Below the pieces are notes generated by a model. It worked only from the letters and a program-made list of their open reading frames with translations, was not told the origin of the DNA and ran no database searches. A DNA stretch of 64,000 nucleotides, taken from contig JBGAKR010000001.1 in NCBI GenBank assembly GCA_044224315.1, positions 834,827-898,826 of the forward strand. The letters run 5' to 3'. This DNA comes from Bacteroidia bacterium (GTDB lineage Bacteria > Bacteroidota > Bacteroidia > NS11-12g > UBA955). The translations under genes were made by a program, and so were the position numbers. Positions 16,200 to 26,548 of this stretch are shown in pieces (the first letter of the stretch is position 1; each line of letters begins with the position of its first letter).

Positions 16200-19034
16200 A
16201 TGAAAAGACTGTTACCACTCCTTCTATCCCTGATTTTATTTACCTCAGCAGCTGCACAAAACATTGTGGGGCGTGTAATTGAAAGCGAAACTGGCAAGGG
16301 TATCGATTCAGCCATCATTAAAAACCTGGTTACTGGCCAAAGTGTAATTTCTGACCAAACAGGAAGTTTTACAATTGCGGCTTCAGCAGGCAATGAAATT
16401 ACCATCCAGGCCAAAGGATTTTTTACCAAAGAAATAAAACTTCCCACAGGATTAAATGGCATAGAATGGGTGTTGAAACTTGAACCCGAAACCAAGAAAA
16501 TTGGCAATATTGTAATTACCCATGACCGATTAAAAGAAAAACTGCGCGAAAGTCCGGTTACGGTAGAAAGCCAAACGGCACAAACCATTAAACAAACCCC
16601 CGCATCGGATTTTTATGAAGGTTTGGGTCACTTGCGCGGCGTAGACGTTACGGCAGCCAGTATGGGTTTTAGAATTATTAATACCCGCGGATTTAATAGT
16701 ACCAGTCCGGTGCGCAGTTTGCAACTCATAGATGGAGTAGACAACCAGGCTCCCGGTTTAAATTTTTCGCTTGGAAACTTTTTAGGAGCCAGCGAATTGG
16801 ATGTGCAAACTACCGAAATAATTGTGGGTGCTAGTAGCGCTTATTATGGTCCAAATGCTTTTAATGGTGTAATTAAAATGACCACCAAAAGCCCTTGGAC
16901 AGATACCGGATTATCGGCTCAAATAAAAGTGGGTGAACGCCAAATGGCCCAATTAATGGTGCGCTATGCGCAGAAATTTAAAAACAAAAAAAACCGCGAC
17001 ATTTTTGCCTATAAAGTGAGCCTCAGTTATATGCGCGCATACGATTGGGTAGCCAACAATATGGACCCCACTTTAGACAGTAAATTCGGAGCCTATAACC
17101 CAGGTGGATACGATGCTGTAAACCGATATGGAGATGAAGTTTTCGGAACTGCTACCAGCGATCAGGTTACCAAAAACAGCAAATTTACCGACCCGGGTTT
17201 AGGGGCCTTTTATCGCGACGGATATACAGAAAAAGACCTGGTAAATTATAATACCCGTAATTTAAAAACCAACGCAGTACTGGCATATAAAATTAATAGC
17301 AAAAATGAATTGCAATACGGTTTCAACTTTGGTACAGGAACCACCGTGTACCAGGGTGATAACCGCTATAGTTTAAATGGCATTTTGTTTTTTCAAAACC
17401 GCATTGAGTTAATAGGCCAAAAAGGGCATTTGCGTTTTTATGCAACCAACGAAAACGCAGGCAATACCTATGATGCAGTGCTAACGGCATTTTTAATGCA
17501 GGACGATGCAAAACGGGGTGAATTCTGGTATTCCGATTATCAGAATTATTGGAGTGCCTATGTATCAAACAGGGTAAAAAAATTACCCGGTTATGCTGCA
17601 CTTGGATATCCGATTGTTGGATTTCCGGGATACAATCCCAATTATTTTGAAGACCAACAAAAATTGCTGGAAAAATACCGCGACAGTATTGTGAAATGGC
17701 ATGCTGAAACCCGCGCCATTGCAAATTCTGCCAAAGATTACCAGGGCAACCCCAGGGTAGATACAACCTACCAAAAATTAATTCCGGGTACCGAAGAATT
17801 TAACCGTAGAAAAGATGAAATAACCAGCCGGTATAGTTATAGCCGGGATGGCTCGCTTACGGGCAGTCGTTTCTTCGACAAATCGGCCATGTATCATGCC
17901 ACCGGTGAACGCCGATTCAGCATAAAAAGTTACAATTTTACCACTGGTTTCAGCGCCCGCATGTACCGCCCTTATTCACAGGGTACCATTTTTCTGGACA
18001 CCGGAAATACCCGAATTACCAACAAAGAGGCCGGCATTTATGCAGGGGTAGACCGCAGGGTAATGAAAAATAAATTAAAAATAAATATCACCACACGGAT
18101 TGATAAAAATCAGAATTTTAATTTTTTATTTTCCCCCGCTGCCTCGCTTATTTATTCAAAAAATAAAACCAGTACCTGGCGCATGAGTTTTTCTTCGGCC
18201 ATCCGCAATCCTACACTGCAAGACCAATACCTTTATTACAATGTAGGAAGGGCCATTCTTTTGGGCAATATAAATGGTGTAAAAAATGTATACGAAACCC
18301 AGGATTTTATAAATTATATTAATACAAGAAATAGGGATACATTAAAGAAAATAAATATAGATCCCATTAAGCCCGAAAGTGTGAAAACTGCCGAAATAGG
18401 ATATAAAGGATTTTTATTGCGTAACCGCTTGCTGGTAGACGCCGGATATTACATTAGTTTTTATACCAACTTTATTGGCTATCGCATCGTAATTGATGCC
18501 AATATTGATACCGTAAATAATTATCCCACCAGCGCCCAGGCCTATAGGGTAGCATCGAATAGTAAGGATATGGTAAGCACCCAGGGATTATCTGCTGCCG
18601 TTTCTTACTTCTTTTCAAAAGTATATATGGTTGGCGGTAACTGGAGTTATAATGCCCTTGACCGCAGGGGAAGCAAAGACCCATTGGTACCCGCATTTAA
18701 CACCCCCAAACATAAATTTAATGTAATGTTTGGCGCACCCAATCTGAATAAAAAAATAACCCTTTTTAATCAAACCATTAACCTGGAAAATGTAGGTTTC
18801 AATACCAATTTTAAATATGTGCAGGGATACCGTTTTGAAGGTTCGCCCCAATTTACCGGTGATGTGCCCACTTACTGGACGGTGGATGTACAAATTAATA
18901 AAGTTGTACCCAAATGGCATTCAACATTTAAACTAGGGGCATCCAATCTTACCAACAATATGGTATTTCAGGTTTATGGTGGACCCCGCATTGGAAGAAT
19001 GGCTTATTTCAGTGTGACCTACGAACCCAGATAA
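16200..19034 (+). CDS. TonB-dependent receptor
   Basis: Signal peptide, carboxypeptidase-regulatory-like N-domain, plug motifs INTRGF, LIDGVD, YYGPNAFNGVI; beta-strand C-terminus. Confidence 0.93.
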   Translation: MKRLLPLLLSLILFTSAAAQNIVGRVIESETGKGIDSAIIKNLVTGQSVISDQTGSFTIAASAGNEITIQAKGFFTKEIKLPTGLNGIEWVLKLEPETKKIGNIVITHDRLKEKLRESPVTVESQTAQTIKQTPASDFYEGLGHLRGVDVTAASMGFRIINTRGFNSTSPVRSLQLIDGVDNQAPGLNFSLGNFLGASELDVQTTEIIVGASSAYYGPNAFNGVIKMTTKSPWTDTGLSAQIKVGERQMAQLMVRYAQKFKNKKNRDIFAYKVSLSYMRAYDWVANNMDPTLDSKFGAYNPGGYDAVNRYGDEVFGTATSDQVTKNSKFTDPGLGAFYRDGYTEKDLVNYNTRNLKTNAVLAYKINSKNELQYGFNFGTGTTVYQGDNRYSLNGILFFQNRIELIGQKGHLRFYATNENAGNTYDAVLTAFLMQDDAKRGEFWYSDYQNYWSAYVSNRVKKLPGYAALGYPIVGFPGYNPNYFEDQQKLLEKYRDSIVKWHAETRAIANSAKDYQGNPRVDTTYQKLIPGTEEFNRRKDEITSRYSYSRDGSLTGSRFFDKSAMYHATGERRFSIKSYNFTTGFSARMYRPYSQGTIFLDTGNTRITNKEAGIYAGVDRRVMKNKLKINITTRIDKNQNFNFLFSPAASLIYSKNKTSTWRMSFSSAIRNPTLQDQYLYYNVGRAILLGNINGVKNVYETQDFINYINTRNRDTLKKINIDPIKPESVKTAEIGYKGFLLRNRLLVDAGYYISFYTNFIGYRIVIDANIDTVNNYPTSAQAYRVASNSKDMVSTQGLSAAVSYFFSKVYMVGGNWSYNALDRRGSKDPLVPAFNTPKHKFNVMFGAPNLNKKITLFNQTINLENVGFNTNFKYVQGYRFEGSPQFTGDVPTYWTVDVQINKVVPKWHSTFKLGASNLTNNMVFQVYGGPRIGRMAYFSVTYEPR

Positions 19035-19080
19035 ATTCAAATATTTACTTACATTCGCAACACAAACAAAACCCAATAAA

Positions 19081-20607
19081 ATGAAAAAATTATTACTCAC
19101 AGCCTTCGCATTCGTGATCTCGGCCGCTGCCATGGCCCAGCTCAAGTATGTCGATTCGATGTATGCCAATTCATCGATTACGGTAACTAAAAACGTAAAA
19201 TACGGCTATGGCATGACCGTACTTACCGGATCGCCCGCATTAGACAGCTTGTATATGGATATTTACAATCCTACAGGCAACACCGATGCCAAGCGCCCAC
19301 TGATTATTTTTTGCCACACCGGAAACTTTTTACCGCGCTACAAAAACAAACAACCCACAGGCGCCCGGGATGACAGTGCTACCGTTGCTTTTTGTAAGCG
19401 TTTTGCCCAAAAAGGGTATGTAGTGGCAGCCATCAGCTACCGTTTGGGCTGGAACCCCATTTCTACTGATGTAAACGTGCGTCGCAGTACCATTATCAAC
19501 GCTGCTTACCGTGGTGTGCAGGATTTGAGTGCCGCCATCCGCTACTTCAAAAAAGATATAGCCCAAAATGGCAATTCTTTTGCCCTGGATAGCACCAAAA
19601 TTGCCGTGGGTGGCCAAGGTACCGGAGGTTATGTTACCCTTGCCTATGCTTCACTCGACAGACAAAGCGAAATCCGCATTCCCAAATTCTTCGACTTTAC
19701 CACCAGCAAGTGGATGGTACAAGACAGTTTGTATTTGGGTGATATCCGTGGATTCAAAATTCCAGGTACCACCGGTGCTTTGGTTTACGAAAACCACAAA
19801 GGATACACCAGCAATGCCCAGGTAGCATTCAACTTTGGCGGAGCTATGGGCGATACCAGCTGGCTAGAAGCAGGTGAAATTCCTATCATCGGCGCACATA
19901 GTATCCTGGATCCGTTTGCCCCTTACAAATACGGAATTGTAGCGGTACCAGGTACTTCACCCCCACTTACTGTGGTGGATGTAAGCGGTAGCTATGATGT
20001 AATGCAGCGCGTTGACAAACTGGGCAACAACAGCAAATACAAAGGCAAAGTGTACGATAACTTTACCGTACAAGCCAACAAGCTGAATACCGGCATTGAT
20101 GGTTTATTCCCAATTGCTGGTCTGGCCAATGCTTCTGCACCATGGGAATGGTGGGCCGATACCAACTATATCCGTGCTTACCTCACTGCATCTGGTAAAT
20201 TTACCTATGCCGAAATTACAGAGGTAAACCAAAACGGTTATAAATCAAACCCCTTGATGAGCAAAGCCCGCGCCATGCGCTATGTAGATAGCCTGGTGGG
20301 TTATGTTGCTCCCCGTTTGGCAGTAACCCTGGGTTTGCAGTCTGCGGTTAATACCTTCAATGTAGATTACAGCAACAATGTAACCCAGGCTCCAAACCCG
20401 GCGCACAACCAGCTCACCATTTTAAACAATATGGCAAACAACCCCCTGAACAAGGTGGTAATTACCGATATGAATGGCCGAACTGTTAAAACCAGCGCCA
20501 TCAGCAGCAACCAAAGCACATTGTCTTTGAATTTGCCAGCTGGCTTATACCTGGTACAAATGCAGTTTACCAATGGCACCGGTGTTAAAAAACTGGTGAT
20601 TGAGTAA
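19081..20607 (+). CDS. T9SS type-A-sorted alpha/beta-hydrolase-fold (carboxylesterase-like) protein lacking the canonical nucleophile Ser
   Basis: MDIY.P..D.KRP, GYVVAAISYRLG, elbow GQGTG; CTD APNPA..D.NGR..LPAGLYLV..KKLVIE. Confidence 0.85.
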   Translation: MKKLLLTAFAFVISAAAMAQLKYVDSMYANSSITVTKNVKYGYGMTVLTGSPALDSLYMDIYNPTGNTDAKRPLIIFCHTGNFLPRYKNKQPTGARDDSATVAFCKRFAQKGYVVAAISYRLGWNPISTDVNVRRSTIINAAYRGVQDLSAAIRYFKKDIAQNGNSFALDSTKIAVGGQGTGGYVTLAYASLDRQSEIRIPKFFDFTTSKWMVQDSLYLGDIRGFKIPGTTGALVYENHKGYTSNAQVAFNFGGAMGDTSWLEAGEIPIIGAHSILDPFAPYKYGIVAVPGTSPPLTVVDVSGSYDVMQRVDKLGNNSKYKGKVYDNFTVQANKLNTGIDGLFPIAGLANASAPWEWWADTNYIRAYLTASGKFTYAEITEVNQNGYKSNPLMSKARAMRYVDSLVGYVAPRLAVTLGLQSAVNTFNVDYSNNVTQAPNPAHNQLTILNNMANNPLNKVVITDMNGRTVKTSAISSNQSTLSLNLPAGLYLVQMQFTNGTGVKKLVIE

Positions 20608-20628
20608 GTAAAACCCATTAAATTTACA

Positions 20629-20661
20629 GAAGGTGGCCCCACAAAGGGCCGCCTTTTTTTT
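20629..20661 (+). terminator. Rho-independent terminator
   Basis: AAGGTGGCCC-cacaaa-GGGCCGCCTT followed by T run. Confidence 0.85.
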
Positions 20662-20728
20662 GCGCCCTGAAACCATAGCAAAATCAAGGTTTTTGGCGTA
20701 ATTTTGCACCTCGTTTTAAATTTTTGGC

Positions 20729-23700
20729 ATGTACCGTACCCTCAAACAACTCAATTGGCCGGCAATCGAAGAAGAAATTCTCGAATTTTGGGATAAGCAT
20801 AAAATCTTTGAACAAAGCATTACCAACCGGCCGGCCGATAAGGCTTTTACCTTCTATGAAGGCCCCCCGAGTGCAAACGGTATGCCCGGCATTCACCACG
20901 TAATGGCCCGCGCCATTAAAGATATCTTTTGCCGCTATAAAACCCTGGATGGATTCCGCGTTGAACGCAAAGGCGGTTGGGATACCCATGGCCTTCCCAT
21001 TGAGCTGCAAGTAGAAAAACGACTGGGAATCCGCAAAGACGATATCGGAGAAAAAATTTCTGTTGCCGATTACAACAAAGAATGCCGCAAAGATGTATTG
21101 GAATTTAAAGATATCTGGGACGATCTTACCCGCCGCATTGGCTATTGGGTAGACCTGGATAACCCTTACATCACCTACGAAAACAATTACATCGAAACCC
21201 TGTGGAACCTGCTCAAAAGGCTGTACGATAAAAATCTGTTGTACAAGGGTTACACCATTCAACCATATTCTCCCGCAGCGGGAACAGGCCTCAGCAGCCA
21301 TGAACTAAACCAGCCCGGCACCTACAAAATGGTGAAAGACACCACCATTGTGGCCCAGTTTAAGGTTGCCAATACCCAAAACGAATATTTCCTGGCTTGG
21401 ACTACCACTCCATGGACCTTGCCCAGCAATACCGGCCTGGCAGTTGGGGCGAAAATTGATTATGTGCAACTCGAAACCCTGAATCCATACACCGGCCAAC
21501 ACCAGTTTGTGACCCTGGCCAAGGATTTAGCCGGAAAATATTTTAGCGCCGAAGGCGAAAATGCAGACTTTGCCGATTTTAAACCCGGGAGCAAAATTTT
21601 GCCCTGGAAATTGGTAAAAACCATGAAAGGTGCCGAACTGGCCGGCATCCGGTACGAGCAACTGCTGCCCTATGCCCAGCCCGAAACCGGTGACGCGTTT
21701 AAAGTAGTTACCGCCGATTTTGTAAGCACCGAAGACGGTACCGGTATTGTGCACATAGCCCCAAGTTTTGGTGCCGATGACTTTAAAACCGCACGCGATA
21801 ATGGCTTGGGTGCCCTTACCCTGGTAGATAAAAAAGGTAGGTTTACGCCGGAAGTAACCGACTTTGCCGGTGAGTTTGTAAAAGAACAATACCTAAACGA
21901 CGAAGAAAAAGAAGCCGAACGTGTAAAACAGGGCCGCGATAAATACCTGAGTGTGGATGAACGCATCTCCATCAAACTGAAACAGGAAAACAAAGCCTTT
22001 AAAGTAGAACGCTACGAGCATACCTACCCCCATTGTTGGCGCACCGATAAACCCATTTTGTACTACCCATTGGAAAGCTGGTTTATCAAAACCACCGCTG
22101 CAAAAGAACGGTTGGTAGAACTGAATAAAACCATCAACTGGAAACCCGCCAGCACCGGAGAAGGCCGTTTTGGCAACTGGCTGGAAAATCTTGTAGACTG
22201 GAACCTTAGCCGAAGCCGTTACTGGGGAACCCCCTTGCCCATCTGGCGCACCGAGGATGGCACCGAAGAAATCTGCATTGGCAGTGTAGCCGAATTGGTG
22301 GCCGAAATAAGCAAAGCCAACCAGGCACTGGGTTTGAACCACGAAATTGACCCGCATAACTTTGACTTGCACCGCCCCTACTGCGACGATATTACCCTGG
22401 TAAGCCCAAGTGGCAAACCCATGAAACGCGAAGCCGACCTTATTGATGTATGGTTCGACAGTGGGGCCATGCCCTATGCCCAATGGCACTGGCCTTTCGA
22501 AAACGACGAGGTATTTAAACGCAATTTCCCCGCCGATTTTATTGCCGAAGGTGTAGACCAAACCCGCGGTTGGTTCTTTACCTTGCACGCAATATCAGTG
22601 CTGCTGTTCGATCAGGTAGCTTTTAAAAATGTAATTGCCAACGGATTGGTGCTGGATAAAAACGGCAACAAAATGAGCAAACGCCTGGGCAATGCTGTAG
22701 ACCCGTTTGCCACAATTGCAAAATACGGGGCCGATGCCACCCGCTGGTACATGGTTACCAATGCCCCACCCTGGGACAACCTGAAGTTCGACATAGAAGG
22801 TGTGGTAGAATCCCAACGCAAGTTTTTAGGTACCCTATACAATACTTACGGATTCTTCTCCATCTATGCCAATATCGATCAGTTTACCTTCGATTCAGGC
22901 AAACAAATTCCGGTCGAAAACCGCCCTGAGCTGGATCGTTGGGTTTTGAGCCGATTGCAAAACCTGATTTTGGATGTGCGCGCTGCATTCAACGATTACG
23001 ACCCCACCGCTGCTGGGCGCGCCATTGAAGATTTTGTAGACCGCGACCTTAGTAACTGGTATGTGCGCCTTAGCCGAAAACGGTTTTGGCATGGCGAAAT
23101 GACTGCCGACAAACAGGCTGCTTACGAAACCCTGTTTGAATGTTTGCGCGTTACAGCCCAGCTGATGAGTCCAATTGCCCCCTTCTTTTCTGACTGGTTG
23201 TACCAAAGCCTGAGACAACCCCACCTGCAAAACGGACAAGTTGTAGAACCCGGACTGGAAGCAGCCTCGGTACATCTTACCAATTTGGTAAACGCCCGCG
23301 AAAATCTGATCGACAAAAACCTGGAAGGTTCGGTAGGCCTAGCCCAGCAAATCTGCAGCCTGGTGCTGTCCCTGCGCAAGAAAGAAAAAATCAAAGTGCG
23401 TCAGCCCCTGCAACGTATCATGGTACCTGTGCTCAACAGCGAGTTTTCTCAATTGCTGCACCATGTTGAGCCATTAATTTTAAATGAAGTTAACGTAAAG
23501 GAACTACAATACCTCGATGCCTCAAATAGCCTGATTGTTAAAAAAATAAAACCCAACTTTAAAACCCTTGGACCCAAGTTGGGCGGAGATATGAAACAAT
23601 TGGCTGCTGCTGTAAATACCTTTGGGCAGGATGAGATTAAAGCCCTGGAAACCAATGGACGCCTGGATGTAGATTTGGGTGCCCGACAGTTTGAATTGTT

Positions 23701-24061
23701 ACTGGAAGATGTAGAAATCCAAACCCAGGATATGCCCGGATGGATGGTTGCATCGGAAGGCAATGTAACTGTGGCACTTGACGTTATCATTACACCCGAA
23801 CTGAAAATGGAGGGTATGGCCCGCGAATTTGTAAACCGCATCCAAAACCTGCGCAAAGACTCAGGCCTCGACGTTACCGACCGCATCGAAATCCGATTTA
23901 ATGGAAGTGCAGAGCTGCAAAACAGTGTGAACGGGTTTATCACCTATATTTGCAACGAGGTACTTGCCAAGTCCGTGGATTTTGATGCTTCTGTAAACAC
24001 AAACGAAGTAGAAATAAACGAAGAAAACGCTTACCTTTTAATAACCAAAACAAACCGTTAA
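20729..24061 (+). CDS. ileS: Isoleucine--tRNA ligase (type 2)
   Basis: FYEGPPSANG.PGIHH, GWDTHGLP, WTTTPWTLP, KMSKR. Confidence 0.97.
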   Translation: MYRTLKQLNWPAIEEEILEFWDKHKIFEQSITNRPADKAFTFYEGPPSANGMPGIHHVMARAIKDIFCRYKTLDGFRVERKGGWDTHGLPIELQVEKRLGIRKDDIGEKISVADYNKECRKDVLEFKDIWDDLTRRIGYWVDLDNPYITYENNYIETLWNLLKRLYDKNLLYKGYTIQPYSPAAGTGLSSHELNQPGTYKMVKDTTIVAQFKVANTQNEYFLAWTTTPWTLPSNTGLAVGAKIDYVQLETLNPYTGQHQFVTLAKDLAGKYFSAEGENADFADFKPGSKILPWKLVKTMKGAELAGIRYEQLLPYAQPETGDAFKVVTADFVSTEDGTGIVHIAPSFGADDFKTARDNGLGALTLVDKKGRFTPEVTDFAGEFVKEQYLNDEEKEAERVKQGRDKYLSVDERISIKLKQENKAFKVERYEHTYPHCWRTDKPILYYPLESWFIKTTAAKERLVELNKTINWKPASTGEGRFGNWLENLVDWNLSRSRYWGTPLPIWRTEDGTEEICIGSVAELVAEISKANQALGLNHEIDPHNFDLHRPYCDDITLVSPSGKPMKREADLIDVWFDSGAMPYAQWHWPFENDEVFKRNFPADFIAEGVDQTRGWFFTLHAISVLLFDQVAFKNVIANGLVLDKNGNKMSKRLGNAVDPFATIAKYGADATRWYMVTNAPPWDNLKFDIEGVVESQRKFLGTLYNTYGFFSIYANIDQFTFDSGKQIPVENRPELDRWVLSRLQNLILDVRAAFNDYDPTAAGRAIEDFVDRDLSNWYVRLSRKRFWHGEMTADKQAAYETLFECLRVTAQLMSPIAPFFSDWLYQSLRQPHLQNGQVVEPGLEAASVHLTNLVNARENLIDKNLEGSVGLAQQICSLVLSLRKKEKIKVRQPLQRIMVPVLNSEFSQLLHHVEPLILNEVNVKELQYLDASNSLIVKKIKPNFKTLGPKLGGDMKQLAAAVNTFGQDEIKALETNGRLDVDLGARQFELLLEDVEIQTQDMPGWMVASEGNVTVALDVIITPELKMEGMAREFVNRIQNLRKDSGLDVTDRIEIRFNGSAELQNSVNGFITYICNEVLAKSVDFDASVNTNEVEINEENAYLLITKTNR

Positions 24062-24062
24062 T

Positions 24063-24434
24063 ATGGAAAAGAGCCGATACAGCGATGAAGAATTACAGGA
24101 ATTCAAGACTTTGATTCTGGGTAAACTCGATGTTGCACGTGAAGAATTCAATACCCTTCAGAAAAGTCTTCGCGACGGAAATGAGAATGGTACCGATAGT
24201 ACCAACAACAATTACCTTACTATGGATGATGGGGCCGATACTTTTGAAAAAGAAAATACAACCCAGCTTGCTGCCCGTTTGATGAAATTTATTCAAAACC
24301 TGGAAGCAGCCCTGGTGCGTATTGAAAACAAAACTTACGGCATTTGCAAAACCACTGGTAAACTTATACCTAAGGAACGCCTGCGCGCGGTACCCCATAC
24401 CACCCAGACCATAGAGGCCAAACTGCAGAAATAA
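24063..24434 (+). CDS. dksA: DksA/TraR-family protein
   Basis: AL.RIENKTYGIC..TG.LI.KERL.AVP; conserved Bacteroidota ileS-dksA-lspA order. Confidence 0.88.
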   Translation: MEKSRYSDEELQEFKTLILGKLDVAREEFNTLQKSLRDGNENGTDSTNNNYLTMDDGADTFEKENTTQLAARLMKFIQNLEAALVRIENKTYGICKTTGKLIPKERLRAVPHTTQTIEAKLQK

Positions 24435-24441
24435 CCCTGCC

Positions 24442-25173
24442 TTGCAAAACCCAGCCCAACTGCCTTTGAATAAGTGGAAGATTTTTCTTCCGCTTTCTAT
24501 TTTATTGATTTGTGTAGCCCTGGATCAATGGATAAAAGTGTATGTAAAAACACACTTTGCCATGAACGAGGTACGCAATGTTTTTGGCCATTGGTTTCAA
24601 CTCTATTTTATCGAAAACAACGGAATGGCTTTTGGCCTTGAATGGGGCGGAAAACCCGGCAAACTGCTGCTAACGGGTTTCAGAGTTGCGGTTTCGTGCT
24701 TTGGAGCCTGGTACCTTTGGAAAAACATTCGCCGCGGCGCACCCAACGGTTTGCTCATTGCCATAGCCCTCATTATGGCCGGGGCCATTGGCAATATCAT
24801 CGACTCGGTTTTTTACGGCGTTTGGTTTAAAGAACGCAATCTATACGAAGGTGGCTATTTTATGGGCCATGTGGTAGACATGTTTTATGCCCCTATTATC
24901 GAAGGTCATTTCCCCTCCTGGTTCCCGTTCTGGAAAAATGAAGCCTTTACCTTTTTTAGCCCTATTTGGAATGGCGCCGATGCCTGCATAACCATTGGAG
25001 TAGCCCTGATTATCATTGGCCAGAAGAAGTATTTTAACCATCCTGCTGCCAAGCCACAAGATTCACCCGAAGAATCGGTGACCCCGGATGCAGATTTACC
25101 AGTCAATGAACCATCTTCATTTATCTCCGAAGATAGTACTGAATCCGGCACTTCCGAGCTTCCTCCTCAATGA
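24442..25173 (+). CDS. lspA: Lipoprotein signal peptidase
   Basis: DQWIK, ENNGMAFG, GAIGNIID, VVDM, N.AD motifs. Confidence 0.93.
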   Translation: MQNPAQLPLNKWKIFLPLSILLICVALDQWIKVYVKTHFAMNEVRNVFGHWFQLYFIENNGMAFGLEWGGKPGKLLLTGFRVAVSCFGAWYLWKNIRRGAPNGLLIAIALIMAGAIGNIIDSVFYGVWFKERNLYEGGYFMGHVVDMFYAPIIEGHFPSWFPFWKNEAFTFFSPIWNGADACITIGVALIIIGQKKYFNHPAAKPQDSPEESVTPDADLPVNEPSSFISEDSTESGTSELPPQ

Positions 25174-25229
25174 ATCACTGATTAGGCAAGGGGTTTTCGC
25201 CTTTTAGCCCTATCTTTGCAGATTCTTTT

Positions 25230-26540
25230 ATGAGCCGCATTGTTGCAATTGTTGGCCGGCCAAATGTCGGAAAATCCACCCTTTTTAATCGCCTTACGGG
25301 CGAACGCAAAGCCATTGTAGACGATGTATGCGGCGTTACCCGCGACAGACATTATGGTTCATCCGACTGGAATGGGGTAGATTTTACCGTAATTGATACC
25401 GGCGGATTTGTGCCTACCAGTACAGATGTATTTGAAGCCGCCATCCGGGAGCAAGTGCACATAGCAATCGATGAGGCCGATGTGTTGCTTTTTGTTGTAG
25501 ATGTTACAGCCGATGTGCACCCACTGGATGAAGATTTTGCCAATGTTCTGCATCGTTGCAATAAACCGGTTTTACTGGTTGTAAATAAGGTAGACAATGA
25601 CCGTTTGCGCCTGGATAGTACCGTGTTTTACAGCCTGGGTTTTGAAAAATACCATGAAATTTCTGCCATTACGGGTAGCGGAAGCGGCGAATTGCTGGAT
25701 GAGGTTGCCTCAATACTCAAAGACCTTCCTGCCGAACATCGCGAAGAAAACCTACCCCGCATAGCCATTGTAGGCCGCCCCAATGTGGGAAAATCTTCCC
25801 TGATCAATGCATTCATCGGGCAAGACCGAAATATCGTAACCAATATAGCCGGCACCACCCGCGATAGCATAGATACCCGCTATAAAGCCTATGGAAAAGA
25901 ATTTATCATTACCGACACCGCCGGAATACGCCGCAAAAGCAAGGTAAGCGAAAATATCGAATTCTACAGTGTAATGCGCAGTTTGCGCGCATTGGAAAAT
26001 TCGGATGTTGTTGTGATTGTAATTGATGCCCTGCTGGGCCTCGAAGCTCAAGACCTGAACCTCTTCTGGATGGCACACCGGCAGGGTAAAGGCATAGTAA
26101 TGCTGGTAAACAAATGGGACCTGGTAGAAAAAGACACCAATACCCACCTGCGCTATGCCGAGGATATCCGCGAAAAAACCTCGCCATTTGTGGATTTTCC
26201 AATCCTGTTTATTTCTGCCCTTACCAAACAGCGCATTTTCCAGGCCATGGAAACCATTTTGGAGGTATACGATTGCCTTACCTTTAAAACCACTACAAAC
26301 GAACTTAATAATTACCTGTTGCCCATTATGGATGCGTTTCCACCCCCTGCAACCAAAGGCAAGTTTGTAAAAATTAAATATGTAACCCAATTGCGCACCC
26401 GCCGTGTGGCTTTTGCCCTGTTTTGCAACCTGCCCCAGTATGTGCCGGATAGTTACAGCCGCTTTTTGGAAAACAAACTGCGCGAGCACTACAAACTCAG
26501 TGGTGTGCCAGTATCACTTTTCTTCCGTAAAAAGAATTAA
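25230..26540 (+). CDS. der: Ribosome biogenesis GTPase Der
   Basis: Two GRPNVGKS G-domains, DTGG/DTAG, NKVD/NKWD. Confidence 0.97.
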   Translation: MSRIVAIVGRPNVGKSTLFNRLTGERKAIVDDVCGVTRDRHYGSSDWNGVDFTVIDTGGFVPTSTDVFEAAIREQVHIAIDEADVLLFVVDVTADVHPLDEDFANVLHRCNKPVLLVVNKVDNDRLRLDSTVFYSLGFEKYHEISAITGSGSGELLDEVASILKDLPAEHREENLPRIAIVGRPNVGKSSLINAFIGQDRNIVTNIAGTTRDSIDTRYKAYGKEFIITDTAGIRRKSKVSENIEFYSVMRSLRALENSDVVVIVIDALLGLEAQDLNLFWMAHRQGKGIVMLVNKWDLVEKDTNTHLRYAEDIREKTSPFVDFPILFISALTKQRIFQAMETILEVYDCLTFKTTTNELNNYLLPIMDAFPPPATKGKFVKIKYVTQLRTRRVAFALFCNLPQYVPDSYSRFLENKLREHYKLSGVPVSLFFRKKN

Positions 26541-26548
26541 TCTGCCTT

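Noticed and set aside
20684-23943. Numerous antisense and alternate-frame ORFs over ileS and other housekeeping genes
   Set aside because: Shadow ORFs of well-supported genes with no recognisable motifs
24063-24434. DksA with only one cysteine
   Set aside because: Zn-free DksA in the ileS-dksA-lspA cluster is usual in Bacteroidota
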